Both the position numbers and the translations under genes were made by a program. From Azolla caroliniana (taxonomy: Eukaryota; Plantae; Polypodiophyta), in NCBI GenBank assembly GCA_043228905.1, contig JBHGNT010000311.1:1-35992 (forward strand): DNA of 35,992 bases. The letters run 5' to 3'. The notes below the pieces were generated by a model. That model was not told where the DNA came from and made no database searches. It was given only the letters and a program-made list of their open reading frames with translations. Of the stretch, positions 34,502 through 35,992 are shown piece by piece; position 1 is the stretch's first letter; each line of letters begins with the position of its first letter.

Positions 34502-35992
34502 ATGGCTTCTTCTCCTTCCACCTCTTCTCTAACCCTAACCCTAATTTTCTCATTCCTCTGTTTCTCCTCATCTGTCTCTCCACTATCATCCTCACCGCCA
34601 TTACCACCTCCATCTCTTCACCGAGAAGCATTAGCTCTTCTCTCCATGAAGCAATATCTGAGGGACGATCTCCACCGTCTCAACGATTGGTCATCATCGT
34701 CCACTGAGCAGATGAACCAAAGCTCCGCCATTAATCCTTGTTCTTGGACCGGAGTTTCTTGCTCCGCAGTACATCATAGTGATGATAACTTCCATAGTAT
34801 CAATAGTCACAAGAGCAATGCAGTCTTTCTCTCAATAACTTCCATTGACCTTTCAAGCATGAACCTGTCTGGAACTCTGCAGTTCCAAGACTCCATGGAA
34901 GCTTCATCATCAAATCACTCTGCTTTTCCTAACCTGAAAAGTTTCTCTATTGCAGACAACAAAATCTCAAGTATTCTCCCACAGCAAGTCACCCGCTTCA
35001 AAAGCTTGAAATTCCTCAACGTATCAAACAATTATTTCATGGGAGCATTGCCAGGAAACATATCAAATCTGATGAACTTAGAGGTATTTGACGCGTTTAA
35101 CAACAATTTTGATGGCAGCCTACCAATAGAGCTAACTCTGTGTTTGAACCTAAGACATTTAAATTTAGGCGGGAATTTCTTCTCGGGTCCAATCCATCCA
35201 CAGTATGGGAATATGGAGAATTTGGAGTATTTGATGATGGCAGGAAACAATTTGTCCGGACATATCCCGCCTGAATTAGGAAATCTCCATAGTCTCAAGG
35301 CTCTGTTTCTTGGATACTACAATGTGTTTGATGGGTCCATCCCAATGGAACTCGGATCGATATACAATCTGGAAGTTCTGGATCTCTCTGAATCAGGATT
35401 GACTGGTATGATCCCTCCTTCATTAGGCTATCTATCTAAGCTCAACACTCTGTTTCTGCAAAACAATAGTTTTACCGGATCGATCCCCCCAAGCCTTGGA
35501 CGGATGTCCAATCTCAAATCGCTCGATTTATCGAACAATTATCTGTCTGGAACGATTCCGATCGAGCTTTGTGACCTTATTGAGCTTGAATTACTTGGAT
35601 TACTTTACAATCATATCCATGGATCGATCCCGGATTGCATAGGAAACCTCCCCAAGCTAGAGGTGCTCAAGCTATTCAATAACAACCTATCCGGACAGAT
35701 TCCGGCACGACTCGGGCATGTGAATCCCCGCTTAAGGCAGCTTGATCTCTCTTACAATGCATTATCTGGTCCTATACCCCCACACCTTTGCCATGGAAAG
35801 AATCTGGAATGGTTGCTTCTGCTGGAGAATCGAATATCCGGCGAGATTCCTTCCACTCTAGGGTTTTGTGAATCGCTCACCAGGATCCGCCTTGGCAACA
35901 ATGAGCTCTCTGGTTCGATTCCTACCGAATTCTTCTTCTTTCCGAGGTTGGACATATTAGAGCTATCCTCCAACAATCTCCAGGGATTAGCT
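34502..35992 (+). CDS. LRR receptor-like kinase, CLV1/BAM-like (LRR-XI), 5' part (runs off window)
   Basis: Open frame from ATG 34502 to the window end. Signal-peptide-like N-terminus, LRRNT (EALALLSMK...LNDW...PCSWTGVSC) and plant LRRs (LxLxxNxLSGxIP). Contains LNLGGNFFSG and LFLGYYNVFDGSIP, typical of CLV1/BAM. The kinase domain is not in the window. Confidence 0.9.
   Translation, partial: MASSPSTSSLTLTLIFSFLCFSSSVSPLSSSPPLPPPSLHREALALLSMKQYLRDDLHRLNDWSSSSTEQMNQSSAINPCSWTGVSCSAVHHSDDNFHSINSHKSNAVFLSITSIDLSSMNLSGTLQFQDSMEASSSNHSAFPNLKSFSIADNKISSILPQQVTRFKSLKFLNVSNNYFMGALPGNISNLMNLEVFDAFNNNFDGSLPIELTLCLNLRHLNLGGNFFSGPIHPQYGNMENLEYLMMAGNNLSGHIPPELGNLHSLKALFLGYYNVFDGSIPMELGSIYNLEVLDLSESGLTGMIPPSLGYLSKLNTLFLQNNSFTGSIPPSLGRMSNLKSLDLSNNYLSGTIPIELCDLIELELLGLLYNHIHGSIPDCIGNLPKLEVLKLFNNNLSGQIPARLGHVNPRLRQLDLSYNALSGPIPPHLCHGKNLEWLLLLENRISGEIPSTLGFCESLTRIRLGNNELSGSIPTEFFFFPRLDILELSSNNLQGLA

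Noticed and set aside
35032-35976. Minus-strand ORFs
   Set aside because: Antisense shadows of the LRR coding sequence.

Overview
AT-rich, repeat-rich land-plant nuclear DNA. Its overall style suggests a large-genome non-flowering plant such as a fern, but that is only an impression. Main contents: (1) A near-full-length L1-clade LINE on the minus strand (~79-5853). ORF1 is DUF4283-like with a zinc knuckle; ORF2 is EN-RT-zf and is broken only by in-frame stops. It sits between two (GA)n tracts and is bracketed by outward-facing copies of a tRNA-like SINE head. (2) Two further decayed copies of the same LINE family and a probable RTE-type remnant. (3) Two intronless paralogous small membrane-protein genes (15422-15850, 27132-27512), each preceded by a telomere-like repeat array and followed by a minisatellite. 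(4) A nested LTR-retrotransposon complex (21729-24440). (5) The 5' part of a CLV1/BAM-type LRR receptor kinase gene (34502 to window end). The most unusual observation is in the LTR complex. In two unrelated LTRs a + strand tRNA 3'-end-like sequence (...CCA) lies 2 nt before the LTR's TG, yet the TATA/HSE layout and the coding remnants also point to the + strand. Either the tRNA-like tract replaces the polypurine tract, or the elements carry antisense ORFs directly behind the PBS.
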